From the human T2T-CHM13v2.0 reference genome, Homo sapiens, in NCBI RefSeq assembly GCF_009914755.1, contig NC_060930.1: DNA of 64,000 bases, one strand, 5' to 3'. The translations under genes were made by a program, and so were the position numbers. A model generated the notes under the pieces. The model saw only the letters and a list, made by a program, of their open reading frames with translations. It did no database searches and was not told the DNA's origin. Below, one piece after another: positions 29,151 through 42,650 of this stretch (positions within the stretch are counted from its first letter, which is position 1; every line of letters begins with the position of its first letter).

Positions 29151-32100
29151 GAACAACAATTTGTAGGATACTGCCAGCCCTATGACTTGTGTTAACTAGA
29201 GTGTGTCTAAACAGAAACATTTGTTCAAACTGAAGCATGCTTCAAAAGGCTGGGTCAAGCCCCATCTCCTCCATGAAGCAAATCATGACAAAAACAGATG
29301 ATATCTTCCACAGTGCTTACCTCTAGCATTAGACCATATGGAACTCAATTAAACAGAGTATTAGTTTGCTTTCTAAAAATTGTATTTAAAATAGTCCATC
29401 TCACAACTGTATCATAAGCAATCTGGCTATGGCTTGCCTCAATCTACTAAGTACCTAATGGCCACTGAAATTAAACTTGTCTACTCATTGCTCCTCTTGT
29501 TCTCATATGGCATATATTCAATGTTTTTACAGCTGACAATACCTCCTTGCTGCGAAAGTGATGAAATATACAGTAATGACTATTTGGGAGTTCCTGGTGG
29601 TGCCTCTCCATCTTGATAGTTTAAAATTTCTATATTTTTCCATTTAAAACTTCTCAACTCCCTATTGAAAACAATGGTTATAAAAACTGAAATCCATTCT
29701 TACAGCTTTTGATGAGAGCAAAATGTGCCTTTTTCTCCCTGTTTTTACGTGAGAACCTATCAATAGATGGCTCTGAGAAAACAGAAATCCCAGGAAAAGA
29801 AAAATTCGAAAGGAAAAAAAAGCCAAATTTTAAAATTCTCTAGAGTCTACAGTAATAGACAGTAGCAAAGTAGTGCACTCTAAAGAACCAGGGCTACATG
29901 TCTTCATTGCAACTTGAAAAGTCTGCAGCTCTATACTGTCCTGATTACCTGAGGACACTCCCTTGAGTAAAACAGGTTTGCCCTGTCTAAGCATTGGCAA
30001 TATAAAAACAATGAAATTTTTAAAAAGGAAAATGTTTTCCTCAGTTAACTTTATGATAAATGCTAATCCTTAGGGATAAAATGAAAGAGTAGATAAAGTA
30101 GAAAGCATAAACACATTTAGGTTTTAAATTAAGTCATTAGTGTTCAAATCAAGTTTGAAAATGTAAAAATATAATTGCTTCTCTAATCTCGCTTAGGCTC
30201 TTTAGGCCAAAGGCTCAAAAATATGACAGGTTACTAGAAAGGAGATTTGGAACTCAACTTAGCAACCATATCCAAAGTGGCATAGAATAATTTAAAATGT
30301 ACATTTATTAAATTAGTCAACCTTAGCATTTAATAATGTCATAAGTCTGGCCAAAAATGTCGAATGTGAAATTACACTCTCTACCTGAAAATTAAAAATA
30401 TTTAGAGGCACAGTTAAGGAAACACACATACATAAATGGCTCTAACTATTCTACAGAGGCAACTGGACATTCATTTAATTAATTTAGAATGAATCAGAGG
30501 TCAAAAATATTCACATTTTTTCCAGTATTCTGAGATGTATAGTCTAAAAGTAATTGATTCTGATTCTCCCAGTGCCTCCACAGCTTTATTCTATAAAGCC
30601 TCAGTTCATTCAATTCAATTATGGTGTTTTTGTTTTATTTTTAGCTTAATAGACTATGTGGTTAGTCTAAATACCATGTAAAAATTTATGTACATTACAT
30701 ACACAGACTTCACCACAGTTTTGAGGAGAACATAGATCTGACCACATATTCCAATTATTAGCCTTCACATTACTGGGTATGAAACAATCAACAACCTGCT
30801 CAAAGTACTCTACTATAAGCAGCAATTGATTAGGGCTGGGAGCCTTGTGATATGACAACCAATCATTGCATCCAGAGAATCTAAGGGGAAACTGACTAAC
30901 AAACTGAGTGCTCGAGGACAGGAATCATGTCATATTTAGGGCTGCATCCCTAGCACCTCATCTACTCTATGGAAAAGGCTGAATAAATATTTGTTGAATG
31001 GATAAATTGATGCATATCTATACTGTTACAGCAAATCTGGACTGCAGAAGCATGAAGGCACCTGCTGAGAAGGCAGTGGATGCTGAAACTCGGGGCAGTC
31101 TTCTTAAAAAAAAAAAAAAAAAAAAAGCCTCCACAATTGCTAAATCCAGGAGCTCACCACAAACCACTTGCAGTTACAAGCGAGACCTGAGGATACCCTC
31201 AGTCTCACCCAACCACCACAGTGACTACAACTGTGCCATTACAGCAAAGACTGACAGCCTCATGGACCCCAGAATCAACACCTACAGCCACAAAGCTTTA
31301 CCTCAAAAGCTTCTGATAGAGCTGCCACTGCCCTGCCACCTTCAGCAGATACCTTTCTCCTGCATTCTCAGTTCCCTCTCCCAAGTACTAGGTGGATAAT
31401 GGCTAAAATCTGGATTTGCCTCTGCTCCAGGTCCTCAGTTACATGAAGAATATTCTCACCTAAAGAAGCAACAAGCTTTCCAAAACATAGGGATTCAAAT
31501 GTAAGTGTGAAAAAGCTTAGGAGAAAATTACTTATGATAATAACTAATTTGAACTAATCTGAATACTTTGTATCTGCCAGCCCTTATGCCAAAGGGTTTA
31601 TGTGCATTGTTTTATTTAAACCTTCTGACCATACTATGAAGTAGGTCCTCTGAATACACACTTGACACATAGCAAATTAAGCTTTAAAAGGTCAAGCACC
31701 ATGCACAAAGTCACACAAGTGGTAAATGTCAGAGCCACAACCATACAACACTCATAATCTTAGCTATTACTCTATATGGCCTCAATGTATTAGAGCATGT
31801 AACTATTTTTTTGCATTCACAAGGAGTAATAATATTTTCTGCTTTTTAGAAATAATTATTTCATCTTCACCAGATATTACCATCTCTAATTAGTGTCTAA
31901 GTACATCTGGCACAACATGTACTTTATGAATTATAGGAACATCAATTAATCACATTCTAACAATCATTATCTCTCACTTGTATAGGAATTTGAAATTATA
32001 ATTCCAAATGTTTCCATATACAAAGCATGTATCTAAGTATTCATTTTTGCATCATAAAAATAATACATGTATTTAAAAATACACATGAGAAAACAAAGAA

Positions 32101-32420
32101 AAGCATAAAAACGTCTACCATCTCACAACCCAAACACAACTGTTAACATTTTGGGAAACATGTAATTTAGAGCTCAAAAATATAATTTGATTACTCATAT
32201 AAACATGATTTCCAACAAAAAGCCATAATTCAAATTTAAAATTTTTTTTCAAGTGTTGGAAAGACCAGTGAAAAAAATTTTTTATATAATTTCCACATAG
32301 ATGTCAAAGATAAATTTGTTTAGTCATCATGAAAAAGAGTTTACAATTTGTTTGGAAGAAAAAGCTGTTATTACTCACCATTCACAGTAACAACCATCCT
32401 CAGTGAACATTCAAGTATGT

Positions 32421-33170
32421 TGCTATGGTTTCAATGTGTCCCCTCCAAAATTTACATGATGCCAATGTGATTGTATTAAGCGGTGAGGCCTTTAGGAGGT
32501 GATTAGGCCATAAGGGCTCCTCCAATATGAATGGGATTAAAGCCTGGTATGGTTTGCCTGTGTCCCACCCAAATCTCATCTTGAATTATAGCTCCCATAA
32601 TTCCAATGTGTTGTGAGAGGGACCTGGTGGGAGATAATTGAATCATGGGGATGATTTCCCCCATACTGTTCTCATGGGGTTGAATAAGTCTCAGGAATCT
32701 GATGGTATTGTAAGGGGAAACCCCTTCCGCTTGGCTCTCATTTTCTCTGTCTGCCACCAGGCAAGATGTGTCATTTGCCTTCCACCATGATTATAAGGCC
32801 TCCCTAGCCACATGGAACTGTGAGTCCATTAAACTTTTTTTTTTTTTTTTAAATAAACTACCCAGTCTCAGGTATGTCTTTATCAGCAGTGTGAGAACAG
32901 AATAATACAAAGCTGTTATAAAAGAGGTTTCAGGCAGCTTTCAGCTGGCTTTCCCTTAGTCTTCCACCATGTGAGGATGCAGTGTTTCTCTCCTCTGGAG
33001 GGTGCAGCCATGAGGCGCCACCCTGGAAGCAGCCTCCACCTGACAACAGAACTGCCAGTGCCTTGATCTTAGATTCCAGCCTCCAGAACTGTGAGGAAAT
33101 AAATTTCTGTTCTTTATAAATTACCCAGTCTCAAGTATTTTGTTATAGCAGCATAAAATGAACTGAGATA
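32421..33170 (+). mobile_element. MaLR LTR (MST/MLT1A-type) interrupted by a THE1 LTR
   Basis: TGCTATGGTTTCAATGTGTCCC start; ends CCAGCCTCCAGAACTGTGAG...AATAAATTTCTG...TTACCCAGTCTCAAGTATTTTGTTATAGCAGC. Confidence 0.8.
32545..32909 (+). mobile_element. THE1B-like solo LTR nested in an older MaLR LTR
   Basis: TGGTATGGTTTGCCTGTGTCCCACCCAAATCTCATCTTGAATT...AATACA; 5-bp TSD AAGCC/AAGCT. Confidence 0.88.
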
Positions 33171-33768
33171 TACCTCAATAGGAATCTTAGGAATAAATAA
33201 ACTCTACATTTCTCAGTAGACCAATTTCCTAAAGGATCCAATGACTTCATGCTGACTTAAACTCTATATAGAGATGCTCTCAGATGCAACCCTTTAGATG
33301 TTCCATGATGGCCTATAATGGTGCTTTTAACTAAGAAAAATATACAAATGGCAAAATGAAAGAGAACTTTGCAAGCACACCTGTCTAACTCTCCTTACTG
33401 CAGGCTTTTCTAAGCTTCCAGCATCTCAGTAAGTTGGTGGCAGGCTGGATGAGAAGCCATTTCCCAGCCCAGGGTCTTCTTGGCCTTTATTTAGTATTTG
33501 ACATGTCAATATTAACATTATCTAAATAGTAGTGTAGAAATGACACATAATTTAGATTATAGGTACCTATCGCTCACACTTCACACTCACATGTTTGCTG
33601 TCGTTACAAAAATACAAAAGTTTGAATTAGGTTCCAAGTGCCTCTGCTTCCATTAAGAGCTCTGCATCTTACTTTCCCTTTTCAACCCTGCTCCCTCCCC
33701 ATTCCATAGGCACCCAAGTAGGAGCTCTGTCCATTCCTATACCACTCTGGTTAAAACAATTATCATGT

Positions 33769-34121
33769 TGCTATGAACTGAAAGCTGCCCTCCCAAAAAT
33801 CATGTGTACAAGCCTTAACTCCCAACATGGTGATATTTGAACGCAAGGCTTTTCGGAGGTAATTAGATAACAAGACTGGTGCCCTCAGGACTGGTAGGCC
33901 CTTATAAATAGACAGAGAGCTTGTTTTCTTTCTCTTCATCATGAGAAAAGAACAAAAAGATCACTCTCTGTAAGCCAGAAATAGAGCCCTTTCAAAAGCC
34001 AAATTGGCCGGCACCTTGAGCTTGGACTCTCTAGCCTCCAGAAACATGAGAAATAAATTTCTGTTGTTTAAGCCACCTGCTGTATGGAATTTTACTTTAG
34101 CAGCCTGGGCTAACTGAGACA
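33769..34121 (+). mobile_element. MLT1A-type solo LTR
   Basis: TGCTATGAACTG...GAGAAATAAATTTCTGTTGTTTAAGCCACC...CTAACTGAGACA; TSD CATGT/CATAT. Confidence 0.8.
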
Positions 34122-36254
34122 CATATCATCCCTAGTTGATATTTCTCTTTATCTCATTTCAAAACTCAGCCTAGTGTTGCTAGCTAACAAGGAATCTGAA
34201 CAGGGAGAAAAAAAGTAAAAGAGCTGTAAAATGATCCAAAGGCAAACTGCCAAAGAGAACAGGTGATGATCAATAGGGAAACGGTGGAGAGCAGCCTGAT
34301 TCTCAGGACCCTGGGTATTTACCTTCTCCACAATGCTTCTCTCTGGGATAATCTCTCTCCACTTGTTGCCAAGACATTACTTCAAACCACATTGAACACT
34401 TTCTAAAGATTAATAAATAGTATTATGTCAAACGACAATCAAAAATGGTTTAAGAAATCCAGTGATACATCATGCTATGCTTGTTGAGGTTTTTAAATTT
34501 AAATTAGAAGCATTTTGCCTTCTACATTGTTCAAGGTATTTACAAAATATTTTTCAATAATGAATTGAAGGGAGTTTTTCATTTTTAAAAAAGAAACAGC
34601 AGATTGGCTATTAATAGACTCTCTGAAACAGACTTTAGCAACTTTTTGTCTGAATCCCCTTTACCTAAGATAGCCAACCACTTGGTAGACACTTAATAGT
34701 TATTTGATGAATGGGTGAACACTAACAAGGAATGTTCCTCCCTGTTTTATCTTTAATATTCCATCTTCTGAGTACTGCTGGAAAACACATGCCTATACAT
34801 ACCCTATAAGTGGAACCAAACTCTCTCTTCCTAATAAAGTTGCAAAATACGTATACAACAAGGTCTAAAAATGTTAAAGTATATTAATTTAATATTTTAA
34901 TAAGTTGTTTCCATTGAATCACCTATGAATTTAAAGGTTCTCATAAAAATATAAAAATAAGCTTTGAGTGCTTTTATTTACTCCATTACGTAATTAATGC
35001 AAAAGACTAAAATTCCAAAGAATCTTTTTAAAAGAACTTTCTAAAAAGCTCAAACTTCACTAGAACATTTTACTTTGAATTAAAAAAATCTCTTTTCTTG
35101 GTCCTTAGTCTTTTCTTCTCGACACCAATGAGTACATAAACATACAGTTAAGGGGTAGCATAACACTGCAATCATGGCTAAATTGACCTAGATGAAAACA
35201 AGACAAGTCCAAACAAAAACTAAGCACTGAATCAAACACAAGCATCTGGCAGGATTCCCAGAAGGTCACTAAGCTTGGACTTCAGAAAATTGTCAATGTT
35301 TCCTGAAATTTTCAAAGATTTATCTGAGTATTTCATTGGTAAAAACCAAAATGTCCAAGAAACAACAAGGAGAAAAAATTATATTGAATTCTTTGAAGTG
35401 ACAAAGGTGAAAAAATTATCTTTTTCACAACTGATAACTTCAGATTTATTTTCTTGGCATTGTAAACATATTGCTTTCAGTGCTCTTTAATTAAAGAAAT
35501 ATTTTAAGTAAATGTCCCTGAAATTAAACTGTGATAAGTGGAACAGGTATAACTGTAGTATTCCAGTTGTATTCTGTAAGTTGGATTGTGCGTCTCTTTG
35601 TCAACATTATCTGATTTTTTGGAATGCAAGACAGTTGAATGAAAAGTGTACTAAGTAGGATTAAAGTACTAAAAAAATATGAATTGTTATCCAGTGCCAC
35701 CACTAACTCTTCATGAGCCCTTGGCTAAGAATGACATCTCCAAACCTGTTCCCTCATTTATATTACGCAAATTCTAATATCCCTAACCATTCTAAAAATT
35801 CTATGAGTACATGAGAATCCCATGAATATAGTGTGTAGATATGTTCCAGGGACTCTCTTTATAAATGACATGATTACTTTACTCTTTTCACAATAAATTT
35901 CAAACATTCTAACACAGAACACAGTCTAAAAAACTGTTCTCAGGTGATTCAAATGTCCAGTCAAGTGGGTTAACCAGTGGGTTAAAGCAGTGATTCCCTA
36001 GGTGTGGTCTCTGGCCAGCCACAGTAGTATCAACTGGGACCTTACAAAAATGTTGTTCTAAATTTATTATTTTCTGAGAAACTTTAAGTACCTCACTTAT
36101 TCTGAGACAAATTATCCCATTAAATAAAACAGAAAAATCATGGGAACACCAAATTAATAACCTAAATTACTATTTCCTTTTAGGATCTCACTTTCAGAGG
36201 TGAAAACAGAAAAGAGAGCTTCAGCTTAAAGCATTCATTAAGGCCCAAAGTAAA

Positions 36255-36499
36255 ATAATAGCAAATTCTTATTAAGCACTTACTATGAGCCAGGCACTGT
36301 TTTAAGAACTTCACATATGTTAACTCATTTACTCCTCACAACAGCCCTACTGAGGTAGGTTCTACTTCCCCAATTTTACCAATGAGAAAACAGAAGCAAA
36401 AGTGATTATGTAACTTGTCCAAGTTTAAACAACTAGAAAGTAATGAGGTCAGGATTCAGGGCTAGGCAGTCTGGCTGCAGAGTACCTTGTCTTTAACCA
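36255..36499 (-). mobile_element. MIR SINE, near full length
   Basis: AAGCACTTACTATGAGCCAGGCACTGTTTTAAG...CCTCACAACAGCCCT...ATTTTACCAATGAGAAAACAGAAGC. Confidence 0.85.
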
Positions 36500-38229
36500 A
36501 GAGTCTATGCAGAAAGTTGGGGAATTTAGACTCATGGTTCATTTTCCTCCTATGAGACTGGACCACGTACCAGAAATAAACATTTCAACTTTGTTTCTCA
36601 CAAGAATAATAATGAAGCAAACTAAAGAATTACTATTGCATGCTGAGAAATATAATCCAAAGATAATAAATACAAAATAAAAACACGTATCCATTTCCTG
36701 TGATAGGCCTTACTCACAACAGTTTCAAGATTGACCTTAATAGTAAAACCATCCACTATGGAACAAAGAGGGCCCTGAAAATGAACCTAAATGAATGCCA
36801 GGTAACTCTCATCAGAACATTTCTAAGTGAGCCAGGTTATGTAAACCAAGCACAACTTCTTTATGATTATATCTGCTCTGGACCCTATACCTATGACAGG
36901 AGAGTCATGAAGTCACTGTGGGGCATTGCAATATTGATCATTCCTAGTTGGCCATTCACTGCAAGCAGTGCTGCCCCATCTGTCACTCTGAATTGCAACA
37001 TCATAGACTCTCTTAGCTTTTCAGTTAAGTTATCCAGAACACAGCATTTGATTACTGAGAATCTGAACTTGCTCCTATATGTCTCCATTTTTCCCAACAA
37101 CAGGTATGCCTCTGACCTTCTTTTTCATCCCCACAGCTACTCCTCCTCTTTCCACAGTGAGTCAAATAGAAAACCCTATTTATAATAAATTGGAATTACA
37201 TTTAGTTTAATAACATTAAATTCTAATTCTAATCATTTTAATAACATTAAATTATAATTTTTAAAGTATCCTAATGAAGATCTGATTTCTTGAATGGAGG
37301 ACTTACTAAAGTGCTTAGATGCCGGAACTTGCTTTATGTTTAGTCTTATAGAAGTCATATATGATTGGTAATTAGCAGGTTACAACCTCTTGCATTTAAA
37401 GATGCCAGATGAGTCATAAAAGGCATTCTCAGTAATACACTATTCAACTTATCGCTAAAATAAAAGAGAATGGAAATTAATTTCAAAGTACAGAATCATT
37501 TGGCATCTTTTTTGGCATTAATACCATAAATATTTTCACTAGATCTACTTGGTCCTAAGAGGATAATAGAGATCAGTTCCAATCAAATAATGTGAAAGGA
37601 ATTGATTGTATGCATGTGTGTGTGACTTGAAGCATTTTGAAATTATTGCAGCTAAGGAAGAAAAGGACTCATTACCTCACCTACTCTTTTTGCCAGTTTA
37701 GGCTTGTCCTTGCTCTGTGTCCTCATTTTGCTTCCTCTTATATTTTCTTGAACAAATCATGATGTAACTGGATAGGGTTTCCTTTATTCACTCTGTTAAG
37801 AACCTAAGAAACACCAGATAGTACTTCTAAACTAGCTTTCCTGGAGACTACACCATCTCACTTTTAGATGCTCTCTCATTTGGATTTTCTTTTACAAAGA
37901 AAAGTATTCTGAAGAACCAGATTTTACGGCTATTTAAATATGAATGTTAATACATTATAAAGGCTACCAGAAGGTGAAATCCTTCACCACAGTGACTTAA
38001 AAAAACCTAGGCTATTGATTTGAAGCTAATCTAAAACTTTTTCCAGAAAGTTCCATATAAAGTATGTAATCAAATTATAAGGATAATTTGAGGATGTCCA
38101 TATAGTCACCTTCTAAGAGTGCAGTTGGTATTTAAATAAAAATCTAATCATGTATCAACATAGATCTTCTTTTAAGGTGGTTGAGGATTATGTTGTTTGA
38201 TGGTGTGTATACATGAGTTTGTATTTTGA

Positions 38230-38452
38230 GCTAACAAATATTTAACTTACTATGCTAGGCACTTTAGAAGCATTATTTAACTCTGACAACAATGTGAATT
38301 ATGAGGTAAGTGTACTAGTACGCCCCACATTTCACAGATAAGGAAAATGAGGCTCGGAGAAGCTATGCAACTATCCAAGAGCACAGAGAAGCAGAAGAGC
38401 AGGTCTTGAACCCAGGTCTGCCTCAGACCAAAGTTCCTGTTCCTAACCACTA
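38230..38452 (-). mobile_element. MIR SINE
   Basis: CTTACTATGCTAGGCACT...TTTCACAGATAAGGAAAATGAGGCTCGGAGA...TTGAACCCAGGTCTG. Confidence 0.8.
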
Positions 38453-39278
38453 TCTAAATTTCCCCCAGATTCTCTAAATACAAGCTTAGTACCTAACCCT
38501 TAACAAGTTTATATACCTCAGTCACAAATTGGCACAGAAAAAAAGCAGTTTGGAAAATAAATGTTCTCTGTACAGGAAGTCTTGGTACAGTTAGCCCTGT
38601 GTTCATTGCAGCACACATGTGCTGGGATTGGAGTCATGCCTATTCTAGATTTTCTTATCCAGTGTCAGATTTCTAATCCATTTAAGCCCATTTGCAAAGT
38701 CATTCTATTTTTGAACTAATGGCTTAGAAACAGCTGGAACTATTTTAGCCAAAATTTTGAAATCTCAGATATCTATAAAAAGAAAAAAAAAATGGTCCAC
38801 TTCAATAATCCAGAGGCCTGCAACACTGAATTCCCTTTCACTAAAGAGAATTGGCATGAATCCCTTAAACCCTCAACTACTTTAGGAAAAGACAAAATAC
38901 GCATATGAATGCTGTAACCTGCACTGATGACAGTGATGATCCAGGAACATTTCATCAGGGGTCAAAGATTCCTGTTATTACAGCTGGAAGACTCATGTAT
39001 ATTTCTTCCTTGGCTTCATTTCAACTTTTAGAAAAGGAAAAATTCCTATTCTCTCCTAAAGCAAGTATACAAATTCTACTGCTTAAAAATTATTCGATGA
39101 TGCTTAAGTCTCCCCTTTATAAGATCTTTCAAAGTCCCCAGTATGCTTTTTTTTTTCAATATGGGCAAAACTCTACTAATAAATAACTAAGGTTCTTCTG
39201 AAAAGTGGTCTGTTGCCTCCTCCCTTGGTGAAGGGAAATTTGCAGGTGTCTTCTCTGATTAAGTAAGGTCCAACCCAA

Positions 39279-39656
39279 CAGTTTTCAAACTTGAGCAAGC
39301 ACTAGCATTACCTGGAGGGCTCATTAAAACACAGGTTTCTGGGCACCAGCCTCAGGGTTTTAGGTTCAGTGGGTCTAGGGCGGAGCTAGAGCCCTAGATT
39401 TTGTTTGTATTTCTCAAAGTTACCAGGTGCTTGCTGCTGCGGGCCAGATGCCACACAGCGAATCACTGCTGTAGTTCGCTGCTTTCTATATTCGACTGCA
39501 CTTTGGAATCACCTGACAAAAGTTTTAAATATGTTAATGCTCAAAGTCCCACCCCCCAGAGATTCTGAGTAATTGGTCTGGGGTGCTGCTCAAGCATCGA
39601 TTTTTTTAAAGGTCCCGGAATGAGTCCATAATGCAGCAGCCGTAAAGAACCTCTGG
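39279..39656. mobile_element. Two adjacent MER5-family (hAT-Charlie) elements, about 39279-39468 and 39477-39656
   Basis: CAGTTTTCAAACTTGAGC...CATTACCTGGAGGGCT...GAATCACTG and GGAATCACCTG...CCCCAGAGATTCTGAGTAATTGGTCTGGGGT. Confidence 0.75.
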
Positions 39657-39679
39657 CCCACTCAACACAGCCCCAGACC

Positions 39680-40660
39680 CACAGCTCTGCGCGCTCAGCA
39701 CCACGTGTGGACGCTGGAGACCCTTCCAAGAAGCTAAAAGCTGAGGGTGGGGTTGAGCTCAGGGGAGTAAATCAACGCACGTTATCGTACTCAGAAGCCA
39801 AACACTCCAAGGCAGGAATCTGCACCCAGAGAACCTCCCAAGATTCACTAACATGAAGTAACTTTGCAAGACAAATCCTGACATCTCAGCCTCCAGCTGG
39901 GCGCGGAATTCACCGAACAGTTCACCAACTGCTTTGGCGCAGGGAGAAGACTGCACCCCCAGGAAACCCAAAATGCCAAATTGCAGCCCCTGGAGAGCCA
40001 GCCCTGAGGCCCCCCGAGATGTCATTCTGGCAGCGAGAGGGGAGTAGGAGGTGTCTCCTTACCTGGCGCAGTGTCCAGGCTCGGGGTTGCCGTCGCAGCC
40101 AGCTGAGTGTTGCGCCAGGGGGACAGGTATGTTCCAGGCAGTGGCAAGCCCAACCCGAGCAAGACCTGCGCTGAAACGGATTGGCTGCCCTCCGCCCGGA
40201 GTCCGTTCTCCCTGCAGCGGGCAGTGCAGAGCTCAGAGGCTCAGAAACTCGCTCTCAGCCCCCTGGAGGCGGAGCCCGGGAGATAAGGTTCGCGCTCCCC
40301 ACCCGCCCCCTTTCCTTGGCCGAAGACCAGAGGGTGGATTTTGGATCTGGATCTTGAAGGGCGAACTGCTAGTGTCGCCCTGGTGGAAACACTCAGTTCA
40401 AATCCTGCTAGCATCAGAAAATGCACGATTGAGGATTGAAAACGAGGGTGAAGGAGGACCAGGGAAGCGCGAGGAGAGAGGCAAAATAAGGGACTGCCAG
40501 GAAAGCAGGAAAGGCAACTCAGTTGAAAGGGCAAGCACTAAAGGAGGCAAAGACTTGGGCAACACCAGAGCATCGCCTGCACTGATCGAAGGAGGCCTGC
40601 CTCCCTTGCCCAAGAAGAACCCCCCTCTGGGGCGCCAAGGTACGTTGCAGCGGACTGATG
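39680..40660. promoter_or_regulatory. COL21A1: CpG-rich promoter region (weak CpG island) for the minus-strand gene
   Basis: Only non-Alu GC/CpG-rich stretch in the window; GC boxes at 40190-40197 and 40302-40310, CCAAT (ATTGG 40180-40184), AGATAAG 40281-40287, CACGTG 39702-39707. Confidence 0.8.
40063..40255 (-). other. COL21A1: Non-coding first exon (5'UTR), likely COL21A1 (collagen XXI alpha-1); TSS approximate; coding exon 2 would lie left of the window
   Basis: Strong donor CCAG|GTAAGG at 40063/40062; minus-strand text ...AACCCCGAGCCTGGACACTGCGCCAG matches my recollection of the COL21A1 mRNA 5'UTR (recall only, needs alignment); no ATG in the exon. Confidence 0.72.
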
Positions 40661-40839
40661 TTCCTTGCTTTCAACCAAAAGTAACAGCTGCTCCAAAACC
40701 TGAGGGAAGTTCACTTTCAAATAGTCAAGTAGGCAGTGACCTTTAAGGGTTTAGCAATTACAAAGGAAGCCTCGGAATAAGGTGACAGCCTTATGACAAG
40801 ATAAAGATGCTGTCTGCTCTGCCCCTTTGAGTGCATTCT

Positions 40840-41342
40840 TCACAGAGCAGCCAGAAAGTTATTTAACATTCATATGCTTTCCCTATTATCTGCAACTCTT
40901 CTTTTCTCACCCGTGTGCACCCCTCCTACCCCAACACACACAAGACCTGTTTGCCCTTTCTTATACACACCAGTGTGTTCTCATCTCACTTGGCATTTCT
41001 TCTGCCTCCAAAACTCTGTCCCAGACCTTATCATAGTTGCTTGCTTCTGTTCATCAAATTATCCACTCTTTGTGACACTTTGAGACACTTTGAGAGTGAG
41101 TCCTTCCTGTACATCCCATCCAAATGGAATGCCCAACCCCACTTTGGTTTCAACAGATCACTTATTGCTATCTGAAGGTTTTCATATCTTCATTGCTTGT
41201 GTGTGTTTCCTATCCAACTCAAGGTATGCTCTATGAGGGCAGGAAATTGGTCTTGTTCCCAGCTGTGTCCCCTGAGCCTAGAACAATACCTGGAATATAC
41301 AAGGTGCTCAATAAATATTGGCTAAATGAATGTGTGAATTAA
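40840..41342 (+). mobile_element. L2 LINE 3' end
   Basis: GCTCTATGAGGGCAGG...GAGCCTAGAACAATACCTGG...GTGCTCAATAAATATTGGCTAAATGAATG. Confidence 0.75.
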
Positions 41343-41479
41343 TTTCTCCCTGTGGGAACAGGTTCACAAAGAAATGCCTTCTTCAATAACTAAATCTCAC
41401 TTAATTCAGGTGTGATACAAACATCTTCAAATGATCATTTCCTGAATTTCCTTATTCATTCATGTTAGATTCTACTGTT

Positions 41480-42650
41480 ACAAAAATATGATAGGAGAAC
41501 ATTGCTTTGGATTTGGTAACATCTTAGATATGACACCAAAAGCACAAGCAATTCAAGAAAAAATAAGTTAGACTCCATCAAAATTTAAAATGTTGTGCTT
41601 CAAATCACACTATCTAGAAAGTAAACAGCCCACATACTAAGAAAATATTTGCATACCATCTATACAATTAGATTCTTGTGTCCAGATATACAAAAATCTT
41701 ACAACTCAAGAGTAAAAAGACAGTTTTAAAATGCACAAAGTATTTAGACGTTTCTCCAAAGAAGATCTACTAATGGCCAATGAGAACATGAATGAATGCT
41801 AAACATAATTAGCCATTGGGGAAATGAAAATTAAAACCACAAGCAGATACACTTTATACCACTAGGATGGCTAAAATAAGAAAAACAATAAGTGTTAGGG
41901 AGGATATGGAGAAATTGGAACACTCATATATTCCTAGTGGGCTTGTAAAAATGATTAAGCCACTTTGGAAAACAGTTTGCCATTCTCTAAAATGTTCAAT
42001 GTAGAGTTAACTTATAACCTGACAAATTCATTCTTCAGTAGATAGCCAAGAAAATCAAAAACATATATCCACATCAACACTTCTATATGAATATTCATAG
42101 GAATGTTACTCATAAAGCCAAAGGCAGTAACAACCCAAATGTCTATCAGCGGATGAATGGATAAGAAAAGTGTTATATCGCTACAATGGAATATTATTCT
42201 GACATAAAAAGGAATGAAACACTACATGCTAAATCATGGTTGAACCTGAGCATGTTAGCTAAAAGAAGCCAGTCACACACACAAAAAAACACTTATTGTA
42301 TGATTCTGTCAATATAAAATGTTCAGAATAAGCAAATCCATAACTACTTGAAGTACGTAGTAAATCCATACCTATAATACATGAAGTGCTGGTAGAAGGA
42401 AGAAATGGGAGTGAGTGTTAATGGGAATGGGGTTTGCTTTGGGGTGATAAAAATGCTCTGGAGTTCGTGCTGATAGTGACGATTTTGAATATACTAAAAA
42501 CTACTGAATTGTTGACTTTAGAATGGTCAGTTTTACAGTATGTGAATTATATATCAGTTTTAAAACACTGATTTGTACCCTTTTAGTGGGTAAATTTTAT
42601 GATGCATGAATTGTAGGTCAATAAAGATGTTATTAAAAATAAGAAATAAA
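41480..42650 (+). mobile_element. L1MB-type LINE 3' end
   Basis: GATATGACACCAAAAGCACAAGCA, CCACTTTGGAAAACAGTTTG, CAACCCAAATGTCTATCAGCGGATGAATGGATAA, GGGGTGATAAAAATGCTCTGG, terminal TCAATAAAG. Confidence 0.85.

Noticed and set aside
36700-37185. 161-aa ORF
   Set aside because: Non-ATG start, no motif or recognisable similarity; consistent with chance
40051-40746. 231-aa plus-strand ORF, the longest in the window
   Set aside because: GTG start, antisense across the GC-rich promoter where stop codons are scarce, no recognisable domain
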